A DNA stretch of 35,368 nt. Source: Lophium mytilinum (taxonomy: Eukaryota). The DNA is taken from the NCBI GenBank assembly GCA_010093605.1, contig MU004182.1, forward strand, positions 1,831,032 to 1,866,399, written 5' to 3'. Positions 7,552 to 20,759 of the stretch are shown piece after piece; within the stretch, counting starts at the first letter, position 1, and each line of letters opens with the position of its first letter. Under the pieces are notes generated by a model. That model did no database searches, was not told the origin of the DNA, and saw only the letters and a program-made list of their open reading frames with translations. A program made the position numbers and the translations under genes.

Positions 7552-10500
7552 ATGCGAATTCTTCGCTCGCATGCGAGCCGGCTTCCTCTACGCGACATGT
7601 CAGTCAAGCTACGATGTTCCTCCGCTCTGGCTAGTGGCAGCATCCTAAACTTCCCGCGAAACTCGCACTTTTTACGAATACTTGACCGCCGTGACACCCC
7701 TCTAGGCCGGACATGGAGAGGGAGTCGTGCACTCCATTGCTCACCGACCCTACAGCGGGGTAGTACGGCATGGAAAAAGGAGCAGCGCCTAAAAGATCGG
7801 GAGGCTTTGCATGGAGGAGACGCCCGGTTGGAATCTGCATCTGCTCCAGATGAGAGAGCTACCCAGACCATACCGCGCAATCCCTATGTTCGTTCGATTT
7901 TCGACATCCTGGACTCCGAAAACAAGTCACTTTCCGATCAATTGGACGTAGAGACTGCCAAGAAGATTACCGAATTGAAAGTTCTCAACTTCCTACGCAA
8001 CGGAACAATTTTGCAGGAGTGGTCTCCGGATGCCGGAGCACCTAGTGCTTTGTCGCCTCTATATCCAGAAGCACCTCAGATGCTGTTTCATGGACCTTTC
8101 GTAGACTGGGAGGCTCTGACTGGGGGGGCAATGGTCGCTTCCAATAGTAGGGCTTCCACGTCTCCAAAGACATCGCGCTTAGGCAGTTGGAACGTGTCCT
8201 GTACAATTGGAGAGAAAAAAATCGACGTTCACTTTAATCCTCACATACTGTTCACATGTGTAAGCCCGATCCAGATTTATCAGCATCGCAGCTCCATCTA
8301 ACACAACCAGTGGTGGCGATTCACACGCCCAATGTGGGTTTCAGCATCGTACGTTCTTGCAATATTACATTCCCGTGAAGTATTACGTTCGATATTCCCT
8401 TCGGAGAGAAGGTTGAGCAGCTTACGCGAAGTCAACGTGACAAGCCACACTGGGAGCAGATCACCGAGTATCCAAGATGGTGATCACAGCAGCAACGAGC
8501 TCTCTGAGGATTGGACTACTAACTGGCTCAAAAGCTTGGGGATGTACTCCTTGACAGATGTCATAAAGCATTTACAGTGGGTAGACATACTTGACCTGTC
8601 CAGAGAAGACTTGCTGGAGCTCGGAGTGACCGACAAGAAGGAGCGGTCACGGATGGTGAAGGTAAGTCAGATTTCAATTTTAGCTTCAATCAACTTGAAA
8701 TAATCACAGTATGCTAACAGCATGCACATAGACTTTCGAGCGATTAAAAGTGAGTAGGACAAACGTACAATCAACACCTCAATACCCGAGCATAATGGGA
8801 GCATCGGAAGGTGTAGGTATTTGGTCAAGCATACAGCTTCCAACGCGTATGGAGTACCCTTCGGTACCTCGCGCTATCTTTTCTCCTATTCTTGCTGCGA
8901 GACGTGGTTGGAAGAGGTTATCGGGCGGACGATTATCCGCCGGGACGGGAAAATCTGAAGAAACCGTCAAGCATGGTGTTCGTCATTGCACGCATACCCT
9001 ATCCTGCCAGCTCGCGGATGGCACCGAGTTAATCGGCCTCGGTAACGCTACTACTTTTGAGGCGGCAAAAGGCTATGCTGAGCTTCATGTTTGGAGTCAG
9101 CTACACACTCTTGGAATCATCCCGACACTATTCCCTAACACGGACGAGCTGAGTCACGAGCCAAGATTACCCTCAGATCCTGGACTCATTTCGAGCTTCG
9201 GAGCCCCAACTTTGCTGTTCTCGAAGGAGCCCGATCCAAAATTTCCAGAACCTGCCCATCAAACGTGCGAACACCAAACACCCGTGTACTTCGCTGAAAC
9301 GGTTACTCCGGTGAATCAGGAAAGGGAGCAGTCCGTGAGCGATGCCAAAAATCACGATGTCGGATCAATCATCATCGAATCATCACCGTCGAAATTAGAT
9401 GAGGCTTTTAATCTATTCCAGCGTCTGAATTCCGTTTCACGGAAACCCTTAATCTGCGTTTACATCTACTGTGCAAAACTCGGGGAAATCCCAATCGTTC
9501 AAGTACAAAAAAGCGGACATTTAGTGGAGTGCAGAATCACCATTCCTGAACAAAATTTTGAAGTCGTGAGCTATGGTTCCACTTTTACGGTAGCGGCAAA
9601 GAATGCTGCCGTCTCATTCGTCGAGCAAATCAAGACCAAGGCTCGAACCGAAGCATACGACGCCATCGACAAAGAGCTTTTCATGATAAACAGCACGAAC
9701 GCTCCAGGTTTGACCCGGCTACTCCAAAGTCATGATCTAGCCGGCCTCTACTACCAATCTTCCATGATTCCTGTCCAGCTGGGCGGCGGTTGGGAATCAC
9801 AAGCGTTAATCGAAGGGCAACCAGTTGCTCCAGCTGTTCATTGCTATCGCAGGGATTGGGCAGAGAATTTGGCTAGATTGGCAGTCTTGGTCGCAAGTGC
9901 AAAGTCTCAACCAGACTTTGAACATTCTTCACTTTACACATCACTTGGCAATCGCAGCTTTGCTTCTCTGAAGATCCCCGACGAAGAGATCACGGAGGGC
10001 TCTGAATCGGAGCAAATCGAACTAGATCAAGTGGTATCGGATGAGACATTGTCGGATAAGATTGTTTCGGACAAGGAAGTGATCGCCGCGGATAGTTTGC
10101 AACTTTTGGACAAACTAGAAGATTCGAAAGCATTAGCCTCCGCCAATGCTGAACCCCAAGTCAGTCAACTTGGTGATGAGGACATCCCAATGTCCTGCCC
10201 GGTTGGGAAAGATGCTAGCGCAGCCATGTCGGATGCAGCAAAAGATGTTTCGGCTCTAGGCAGCAACATTGATTCCCTTATATCATTGCGCAACGAGTAT
10301 TCTACATCATACGGGAATGAGGTTCTCTCTCCCAAAGCGGCCACGACCCGAAACTCAATCCTAAAAACTAGAGAAGCGAGGTCACGTAGCGATCCCAGTC
10401 GTTCGGAATTGATATCGAAGCAAATGAGGTTACCTATACGCAGTTATCGAGATGCATTACTACAGCTCATTGACGACAATGCGTACAGCATCGTTGTTGG

Positions 10501-13357
10501 CGCAACTGGAAGCGGCAAGACTACGCAGGTGCCCCAGATTCTTCTAGAGGATGCCATCGCAAAAGGGTTCGCGTGTGCGGCTAACATTGTCTGCACGCAG
10601 CCGCGTCGTATTGCTGCTACATCGGTAGCAAATCGGGTCGCAAAAGAACGGAATGAGCCACTGATGGATACAGTTGGCTATCAAGTTCGGCACGATGCCA
10701 GGCTCCCTCAGCCAGGGGGCAGCATCACGTACTGCACTGTGGGAATCCTTCTCAAACAGTTGCAGCAAGCTCCTGATGCGACTCTGGATTCTCTTTCCCA
10801 CATTATCATCGACGAAGTTCACGATCGAGATTTATTGACCGATTTTACTCTAGCTACCCTGAAGACAGCTCTAGAGAAACGTCGGTTGGCTAAGAATACG
10901 TGCCCAAAAGTCATAGTCATGAGTGCGACATTGAACATTGAGCTCTTTTCCAATTACCTCATGCAACCTGGGCCTACCGGAAAACTGGAACCTTGCCCAT
11001 GGCTCATGGTTCCTGGCCGAACATATCCAGTAACGGAGAACCATCTTGAGGATCTTCTAGCGGAACTGAGCGATAACTATCCGCGAGAAGAGTTGTCTTT
11101 GATCTCTGAGGACAAGCAACTTAAGCAGTACGTCGATGCTGAGCTTGGCCTTGGTAAAGTTAGCGCCGAGGAAATTCCGGCTACTGAGGATGAAAGTGGT
11201 GAAGTTGAGAATCTTGAAGGTATGGCGTGTCTCTGCCGTTTGCTCTCTCATCACGCATTGGTTTTCTTTGATCTCACTGGTCCTCGATGGGGGACTTCAA
11301 GTCGATACTTCCTGATTGACTCTCGAGACTATGACATTCCTCTTTATATTTGCTTCGCCTACTCCCCATATCAACTTTTTCTTTACCACAATATCTCGAC
11401 GTCTACTTGCTAAAATCTACTCCAGAATCCACGACACCCAAAGTAAATAAGGAGTTGACATCATCCGCGACGAACGCACAAGAAACTAGCAAAGACTTGT
11501 CGCAAAGGGTGGTTCCTACCATATTAATCGCAGCCACCATCGCCCATATTGCTATGAGTAACAAGCCTGGCTCAATTCTGGTCTTCCTCCCAGGAATGTT
11601 CGACATCATGAACGTGAAGAAGGCGCTTGGTAAGTGTCCCTTAGGCGTCGACTTTAGCGACAGGTCCCGATACAGGATCGTCATTCTTCACTCGACTCTC
11701 CGAGAATCACAAAATGAAGTCTTCGACTCCGTTCCTCGTGGCGTGAGGAAGATAGTGCTAGCAACTAACATCGCGGAAACGAGCATTACCATACCAGATA
11801 TTCAATTTGTGGTCGATTCTGGCAAAGCGCAGGAGATGCACTACAATCAGGCTAATCGTGTCACAAGCCTTGAACCTACTTGGATCAGTCGGTCAAATTG
11901 CAAGCAAAGAGCTGGTAGAGCGGGACGAGTGAGCGAGGGGGTGTACTACGCCATGTTTTCGCGAGCCCGCTTAGATTCTATGAGAAATACAGCCAGCTCC
12001 GAGTTGCAGCGGTCGGACCTTCAAGAGACCTGTCTGACATTGAAAGCTCATTCGCCCACAACTTCGATCCAGGAGTTTCTTACACGTGCGATCGAGCCTC
12101 CTTCGCCCTCCAATGTCGCCAATGCCATCGTAAGCATCCCCAGCTTGCTCACACAAAAGAAAACTAACGCCCTTGCAGCAAGAATTACAACTACTAGGCG
12201 CTCTCACTAAAGAAGAAGCCCTCACACCACTTGGTAGCATTCTAAGCCGCCTTCCTATACACCCATCGTTAGCCAAAATGATCGTCCTCGGCATCGTCTT
12301 CCGCTGTCTGCCTGCCATGATTGTCATCAGCGCTTCCGCCAACGAGAACCTCTTCAACGCCTTCACAGACGCCGAGAAAGCGCAGCGCAAAGAAAACTTC
12401 GAGGCTTTCAGCATCCACTCCCACAGCGATCACATTGCGCGCCTGACCCTCCTCCGCATCGGCCTCAAGATCCGCGAGGAGAGAGGCGAGACGGGCTTGG
12501 ATGAGTTTGCGAAAGAGTATTTCTTACGACGGTCTATCCTAGCTTCGGTATATCAGACAATGGACCAGATCTACACGATCCTCATCAACTCTGGTATCAT
12601 GCCCCCTCCTAGTACCGAAGAAGACCCTGAAACGCAAGACCTCTTCCCAGACCTGAATGAGAACTCGAATAAGCAGGCCCTCATCAAAGCACTCGTGCTG
12701 GCGGGCTTTCAGCAAAACGTCGCTGCAACGCGGGGCAAGGGGCATATAGTCCGGTACGCGCACCAGGGGGAAGCCTTCATCACTGGGGACTCTGTCAATA
12801 AACTCCCTAGAAGTATGAGGACAAAGGCGCCGCACTTCCAAACGCTGGTCTATTCGTCGCTCCATGAACTGGCGGAGAGTAAGGGTCGAAAGTGCCTGCG
12901 GCAGACGAGTGTGATTTCGCCGCTTGTAGCGGCACTGTTTGGAAGTAGTCTGGAGAGGAAGGGGAGCTTGTTGATGGTAAACGGGTGGTTGCATTTGCGG
13001 ATAGTGGGGGAGGAAGGCGAGGCAGATGAGGGGTTGGCGGAGAGGGTGGTTGGGTTTAGGAGGGGGCTTGAGAGGGTATGTTTGCCCTTGTGTTTCTGTT
13101 TGCGGATTGTGTGCCACTATTCTAACACATGCTAGGTACTTTCCTCCGCCTATCTTTCAATGGCTCAGCGCCAAGCGACAGGCCAACCTTACACTATCGA
13201 CTCCACGCGTGACGCGTTCATCGACAAGGCTATCGACCTGCTCTGTTACAAAGACGAATCGCAACACGTGGAGGATGTCAAAGAAGATGAAGAACAGCAT
13301 TTAGAAATCTCAAAAGAGCAGGCGGAAGCCCTAGGGTGGATGGACGAGAGTGAATAG
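7552..13357 (+). CDS. DEAH/RHA-family ATP-dependent RNA helicase (DHX30/DHX36/DHX57-like), ~1789 aa; exons 7552-8259, 8311-8661, 8732-11219, 11426-12129, 12179-13075, 13136-13357
   Basis: Motifs GATGSGKTTQ (I), TQPRRIAA (Ia), DEVH (II), SAT (III), LVFLPG (IV), TNIAETSITI (V), QRAGRAGR (VI), and an HA2-like LTPLGSILSRLPIHPSLAKMI. All five introns have GT..AG ends with CTAA(C/A) branch sites and join the ORF-track fragments in frame. Confidence 0.9.
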
Positions 13358-15290
13358 GTCAGGCTATTTCGGTTATCTCGGGCATCTCGGTTGTTGCGTT
13401 CTAGCGTGCATTGCAACCGTATCAAGGTAGAGTGTAGATTAGTGTGGCATACGTGCATCGGGTGGAGTTCTGATAGCATTTGGGTTAGCAAAGGTTGAAT
13501 CGGTCGATTCTGGGAGAAGAGGGATGGGTTGGGTGTACATTAAGAGACAGGCTGCAGCACAGCGCAAGTAGCTAGGCACATTGGGTTCATATCGAGTATT
13601 GACGTCTACGCTCAAAGGCTGGAAATGTTATCAAAATGATAATTATGAGGTTCTACAACACTGAGGAGAGATGGTGGGAAAGCTTCAAAAACGGAGTCAT
13701 AGCTTTAATACGGTTACACAGTGCGCGTAAGTTTCGTGGCAAAGTGTCCATTCCGGTGAAGTGCGGCTGTGGTGGGATATTTATTTCATCAGCTACCAGT
13801 AGCCCTTTATTGGTGGCATGGTAGTGAGTAGCAACCGGTGGCGGGTAGATCTCGGGCTGACTCGACCTTGTAACAACGACGATATTGGGATACTGGAGTT
13901 GGGAAGGTCGTGACGATGCGTAGCACCCCTTGGCAATGCTGACGCGGGGCGACAAGGTTGTGACAGGCTCACACGCTCCACGCTCTACTTTGATTAGTAC
14001 TTGGCTGTCCTAGGCGAGGACAGCATGTTCTTTTGTCTTTAATAGTAAGATGGGCTTGTTGCAAATGATACTAATATGGCGCTCGTTCAGGGCCATTTGA
14101 ACCTTCTCGGACTTTTAAGCAGACGAGATACATTTCTTCGTCTCTAATTCGTTGCTTCGCGAAATTCATGATCCTACGGGTACGCCGAGGACGTGGAGAA
14201 CGCTGATTCTGTTTCAATTTGCGTCTTATAGCAGCGGAGATCGGTGGATGTTCTAGAAGAAGCCTGCTTATGCGCAAGTGCGGGAACAACGGAACGACTA
14301 GATGGAACGAGGCAAACGATAGAGCATTGGGTCGGCTGTTTTCCCAGATTGGACAAATAGACGCGTCGATCTAATTCTTGATGGAGGAGGAGGGAGGCAA
14401 TTGTCGTCAGCAAAGAAAGTGGCATTCATGTCAGCATGATCCTGAATTGACCGCAGGATTAAGACCCAGTCGCGAACGTATACTGGAGAATGTACTGACA
14501 GAGCTGTGATTGATACATCCCGAGTGTCTCGTAAGCAGCATCAGCGCTGGAGCTTACTATGTAGAGGTCGTGAATATAGGGTTGTTCTCTGCCACTTGCA
14601 AATACCAGTTCCCTAACTGCCCCATTCAGCTCGTCTCACGCCCCCCGTTCTCCGCTTTGTCTTACCTTCTACCTAACTACCGGCATCGCCGAAACCGACA
14701 TTACGAGCATTGGTACGACGCCATACCGGCCACTGATCGTGATCATGGCGCCTTGTCCGGTCCAACTCCGTCGCAGACATATGAAAAGGCGACGCGCACA
14801 TGACAGGTCGTCACTAATCTTTACCACCCCCTCCTTTCCTCACCCGTCGCCGCCTGGAACTCCGAGTCTCGCAATTCACGCTCTTTACGTGTTAGACGTG
14901 CCGACTGCACATTACTTACCCTGCTGGTATCCTGACTGCTTGACCCAAGACCGACAACTCGTGCCGCATTAGCTGGAACGAACATCCTATCATCACATCC
15001 ATCTAGTCTGCTGATACTCGTCGTCGACCATTTGCCTTTTTTGTAGATACCTTCATTCCGCACAACCTGCCTTGCGAGTCCTCTATTGAGACGCCTGCTC
15101 CTTCATCGTCGCTTCTGCGTGGTACCTTTTACCACGACCGCGCAGATCCAACGCCTTCAAAGAAGAGGAGAGACACCCCAATTTATTGCGGACAGGTCTT
15201 CGAATAGATCTGATCCTAGTACATCAGTTCAATTCTCCCACTTCGCCTTGTTTTCTCCATTTCGCCAACTCTGAACACGAAAAGTCGAAG

Positions 15291-16964
15291 ATGCTCTCCT
15301 TCGTGTCATTGGGGTCGAAGTCCCCAGCTGTCTACATCCTCGCAGCATGTCTGATAGCACTTGTCGTTGCCAGCCGCATCCGTCTCTACCTGGTTCGAAG
15401 AGCATTCAAAAAGGAGCACGGCTGCCAACCCATCCAGGCTAAATGGCCTATCAAGGATCCCATCTTCGCACTAGACGTCATGCGTACCACCTTCAAGCGG
15501 GGCCGAGAAGGCAAGATCCTCGAAGGAGCCGCCGAGCGTTTTCGCCGCATGGGTTGCTACACCTACAAGTACGCCAACTTCACCACTCCGGTCATCTCGA
15601 CCGCCGAGCCGGAAAACATCAAGACAGTCCTCGCTCTTCGCTTCAAGGACTACAGCCTCGGAATGCGCAAGCTTGCATTCACTCCATTACTAGGCCAGGG
15701 CATCTTTAATGCGGACGGCGAGACCTGGGCGCACTCGCGGCATATCATCCGCCCCTCTTTCGTGCGCGACCAGGTGGCAGATCTGAATACATTCGAAAGA
15801 CATATCGCCTACCTGTTCAAAGCCATTCCGCATGATGGAAGTACTGCCAATATCCAAGAGCTCTTTTTTCGTTTCACCATCGACTCGGCCACAGAGTTCC
15901 TGTTTGGTCAGAGCACTAATAGTCTCCGGGTCTACAAGCCAGGAGCTGGGCCACAGGAAGACGCGGCGTTTGCAGAAGCATTTGCCATCGCACAGAACGA
16001 CGTAGTTGTACGAGGTCGGCTAGGGAATCTTGCGATGCTGACCCGTAATAAGAAAGCACAACAGGCGATCAAGGTCTGCCATGAGTATGTCGACCAGTTC
16101 GTGGACGATGCTGTGCGGCATAACGAGATGACCGACGTTGAGAAAAAGGCGGCTGGTAGCGGGGAAAAGTACATTTTCTTGCACGAACTCGCAAAATCGA
16201 TGAATGACAAAAAGAGCATGCGGTATGAGGCACTGAACGTGCTGCTTGCAGGTCGGGATACCACGGCAAGCCTGCTGAGTAACATGTTCTTTGAGTTAGC
16301 AAAGCAACCTGCAATTTGGACGAAGCTACGCGAGGAAGTAGCACAGCTCGACGGCGTACCGCCCACGTATGAGCAGTTGAAGAGCTTGAAATACTTGAAA
16401 TGGTGTATGAACGAATGTAAGTGCCCTCCAAGATCAAGTTTTCCATATCGATACATTTCACCGCATCAACGCCTTTCCGTATCTCACCTCATCTCTTTCT
16501 TCTCTTAAAATCTCTATTACACATTGCTAACACTTCTACTAGCGCTCCGCATCCATCCAGTCGTCCCCGGCAATTCTCGCCTCGCCGAACGCGACACCGT
16601 CCTCCCCCTTGGCGGCGGGCCGAATGGCATGTCGCCCCTCTTCGTCCCTAAAGGCACCCTTGTCACCTATTCACCCTGGACAATGCACCGGCGGCCCGAG
16701 TTCTTCGGCGAAGACGTCGAAATCTTCCGTCCTGAGCGGTGGGAGACTCTGCGCCCAGGATGGGAGTATCTCCCCTTCAACGGAGGTCCACGCATCTGTC
16801 TGGGCCAGCAGTACGCGCTCGCGGAAGCCGGTTACGTGACGGCGCGGCTAGCAATGCAATTTGAGAAGCTGGAGAGCAGGCAGCCAGGTCCGTGGAAGGA
16901 GGCCTTACAGCTGACGTTGAGTTGTGGGGGCGGGACGAAGGTGGGAATGTTTGCTGAGGCGTAG
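15291..16964 (+). CDS. Cytochrome P450, CYP52-clan (alkane/fatty-acid hydroxylase-like), 515 aa; exons 15291-16416, 16543-16964
   Basis: N-terminal membrane anchor, I-helix AGRDTT, ExxR (NESLR, restored by splicing the 126-nt GTAAGT..GCTAAC..TAG intron), PERW, and heme loop YLPFNGGPRICLG. Confidence 0.92.
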
Positions 16965-18301
16965 ATGAAGAAACGGAAGAGTGAAAAGAAAGGTTTTGAT
17001 TGAGCGACCACGACGGCGCGAACTCTCAGATGAAAGGAGTTTTGGGAAACATGCATGCAGTTTGTAAAAGTACCGATTGGGTGGATACTTGGCTCTATTC
17101 TAGCGCAGATGGAGGTAAATACGGAGGAACCGCTGTACAGAAAAATTCTAAGATCACGTCCACAACCACAAAACCCAGCTTACGAATATAATTTAGGCGT
17201 AGGTCAGTTACGATCTGCTTTCAAACAGCTTCTATTGTCCAACCCGATCGCCGCCGAGGGAATGTCATTGGTCTCTGCGTCACGTGCTCTACTCACTTCA
17301 CCTTGTCTTGGTCGGTACAAAAGCCTCTCCCCCTTCGCTATCTAGCTTGATGTGTATAAGCGGTCGAGCCACATCGGTCTTCAAAACCACACAGCGAAAT
17401 TCTCAATGATTGGAGTTTGGCAATCCTAGAATTACATCCTTCTGCTGGGCACAAGGACTCCACCGGGTTGGGGTGTACTTTTTCGGATACTCCACCTTAG
17501 CAACCGTGTGTTTTCTTCTGTAGGGTCTTGACGCACTAGCCGAGACCTATTGGAAGCGAGTCAATCGATATTGTGTATCCCAATCCCGTTCGCCTCTCAT
17601 AACCAATACCATGTCTCAGGAGGAGAGGACACAGTTGAAATCCCACTACAATAGCATCGATATGTCCTCATAGCTGTGTTACACACCACCCACTTTTCTA
17701 CTCGACTTCTCAGTTTCTTTCTATTCCATTCTGGAGCTCGTCAGGTGGTCGCCCGTGATATCAGTCTTGCTACGGTATAAATCTTTCGCTGGCAAATGCC
17801 GCTCTGAATTTTTTTCTATATGAGATGCCTTGCAAAGATACGGGGATTTGAGAGGAAGCTTAAATGCTGCCCATCGTGTGGGGTCGACCGCAGAACTACC
17901 GGTGCTGGCACTCCGTGTGGTGGTTTTACATCGGGTGGACTCAACCCGCGCTTCCCGGGCTAATTATGGGAGGCTGTATTGGCTTTGGGCAGATGAACCG
18001 AGGCAACCGAAAAGTCTCTAGAGTCGGGTTGTCACATGGCGATGTTCAAACTGCAATGGGTTCGTGTGCTTTCGCAGATTAGAAGCTAGCGGTATGAAGC
18101 TTCATCTCCGTCCCCTAGTTGCTATTACTTTCGAGCCGTGGGGCTGGCGTGGAGGATCAGCGGTTGGGGATAGCGGCTATCTGTGAATGAATCTGCGACT
18201 CCGCATCGCCGAGGAAGAGAGCCTGCATGCTCTCAATAAACGCCCTGCTATTTCCACCGCCATTGGAGTCAGGGATCGACGTTTTGACTACACGATCTGC
18301 C

Positions 18302-18331
18302 CCGCATGAGTAACCTCCGCATGAGTAACCT
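18302..18331. repeat. Perfect 15-bp tandem duplication (CCGCATGAGTAACCT x2)
   Basis: Directly visible, followed by a degenerate partial third copy CTGCA. Confidence 0.85.
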
Positions 18332-18630
18332 CTGCAACAGCGATACGTCTCCTGCGTTGTAATGTGCGCATGAACTTTGCTCAGATGCTATATGATTGTC
18401 ATATGGGTTCTATGATAGATTAAAGACCCTGATTGGATAGTGATACGATCACTCCATTGGTGGTTCAACCATACTGAGTACAGCAGTATGTCTCGAGCTG
18501 CCCTTGCCTGTGGCATGCCATCGCCTGTAGATCCACACACCGTCAATTTCCAGAGAGTACGACGACCCTCGTACGAAGTCGCCGTTCTTGTCAAACAAAC
18601 GTACCCAGTCTCCACCCGACAGACTTATAC

Positions 18631-20759
18631 TTACAGCCCACCATTGCCCGCAGAGACGCTTCCTTCGCTTTCCGTCTTCCTGCTTCCTCGCGACTTGACG
18701 CGGTGCGTGATAGCCTCCACATCCGCCGGCAGGAAACCTTTCGACCTCTTCAGGTGGATTTCCACGACCGGTGACAGATACTCCTTCGAATTCTTGCTGC
18801 ATAAAGCAAAGACGATGGCCAGACCCCCAAAGAGGATGCATATCTCATACACATATGCGAACGCATGTATATAGCACGACTGCAGCACTTGCCCGGCCTT
18901 TAGTAGACCTAGCGGGTTCGCCCCTGCAAAGGCGGGACTGGTGACATCCCCCGCCAGAAAAGACTGGACGGCTACTGGGAGGTTGAGGAGGGGGACGCCG
19001 GCTGCGGCGAGGGCGGGCACTAGGCGTGATTTTACTTGGCCCTTGAGCTTGTTCTTGAGCATGACAGGGGCGATGATCTGGTTTCTTGAGTGAGCAATAT
19101 GGAATGGTGGAACGGGACAGAGGTAGCTTACCGAGGTCATCGATCCACCGTATGTACGGAGGGATTGGGCTATCCCAGTAGCGACTCCGAGGTACTCGTG
19201 GCGGACAGCGACTTGGATCATACCAATACATGCGACGGTTGTGGCCATGTAGAAACCGCCGGAGAGGGTGGCAAGGGCGATAGCTGATGCTGGTGAGGAG
19301 GTGGCTAACAAAGCTGCGTTAGTAGACGAGACTGGAAGAAATATAGTTGCTGAGATCTCTACGGGGGGTCTGAAGGAGAGACTTACAAAGCGTAGCCTGC
19401 GCACCTCCCACAATCATAAATGCGACCACGAAGAAAGTCAGCCACCATCGAGCAAATCCGCGTTGTATCACATATCCAACAAGGGGTGCGAAGACGGGTC
19501 CTGCCAGACCATGTGCCATGCCGTAAAGCCCCTGCGTGATAGGTTTTGTGGTATACAGGATTTCGACCTCTTCTGACCACAGAGTTGAAGTAGCGTCTCC
19601 TATACCGCTCACGAACAGGACGAAAAGAAGTGTGCTGTATGATCGCCATTCGGTCACGAGAGGTCTGGGCAGGAACGCCCATGGGGAACGGGAGTGGAAG
19701 AACTCCCAAATAACGAAGACGAAGATGAGGCCGACACCAAGGAAGGTTGGGAGCAACACTCCGACGGAGTCCCTGGGAGGGATTTGTGTCAGCACGTATT
19801 GCGCTCTAAATTCATACATCTCAGAACTTACCATGAATAAACCGTACCCCCAAAGAGGAGACCAATAGCAACGAGTGTCAACATGGTGACGTATAGGAAA
19901 TGCCCAGGCCAGTCAAATTTCTTAAGTCGCACCCCAATGGACTCAAGCTGTAGGGCGGTCCTACGCTTCTCAGGCTGGTAGAAAATAGCAATACCGATGA
20001 AGCCGGCGATGTTGTGAGCAAAGGCCATCCAGTAGATATCTCTCCATGTGGTATGCAGGACGAAGGCATGACCAATGAGAGGCGAGAATGCAGTGGCTGG
20101 AATCAACGAGAATTCGAAAAGCCCGATTGCCAGTGGCCGATGCCGCTTTGGAACCATCTCGGCAATCATTGTGAATGAGAGCGAGTGCGCAGCCGACGAT
20201 ATACCGATCAGGACGCCAGATCCGATCAGGGCTCCTTGAGAGTGGCATGTGGCTGATACAACGCAGCCGATGAATCCGATCACGTTTCCTGCGAGGAGGA
20301 GTATTTTGCGCTCGAAGGTGTCGCTGAGCTGACTGACGACAGGAGTCAAGAGCGAGCCTGTAAGACCGTTCGATACCAGTAACCAGGCATAGTTGTTTGG
20401 CGCGGGTCCTGAATATGTTTCAGCGAAGCCAGAGAAAAGACAAGATGCTTGAGAACATACCAACATCTGCCACGATAGACGTGAAATCCGTCCGGGCCAT
20501 GTTAACGACGAAAACGTCTGCCATATAGCCAATCTGGATAGACTGGAGCACTCATTCAGCGTCTAGGTCTAGGCTCCCTTACTTTGCGTGCGAGACTTAC
20601 AAGAAACGCGAGGAATAGCGGGAAGGTAAACTTGAATGGCCTTTCCGGTATCTCCTCATCCGCTTCAATTATACCCGCATGATGATTATGGGGGTCTTCG
20701 AGATGCTGAGGCCGGCTGTGCTCCAACTCTTTGGAGGTCCTTGAATCTAGCGCAGACAT
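18631..20759 (-). CDS. MFS efflux pump, TRI12 (trichothecene efflux)/DHA2-like, 616 aa; exons 20759-20601, 20542-20461, 20408-19832, 19772-19387, 19331-19132, 19077-18631
   Basis: Many hydrophobic helices. Motif A-like SQLSDTFERK, also ADVGPAPNNYAWL, AEMVPKRHR, TTWRDIYW, KKFDWPG, GIAQSLRTYGGS. Five GT-AG introns give a 1851-nt open frame. Confidence 0.88.

Noticed and set aside
13400..15290. Several 60-100 aa ORFs in the helicase-P450 intergenic region
   Set aside because: No domain signal or coherent exon chain. More likely promoter and 5' leader of the P450.
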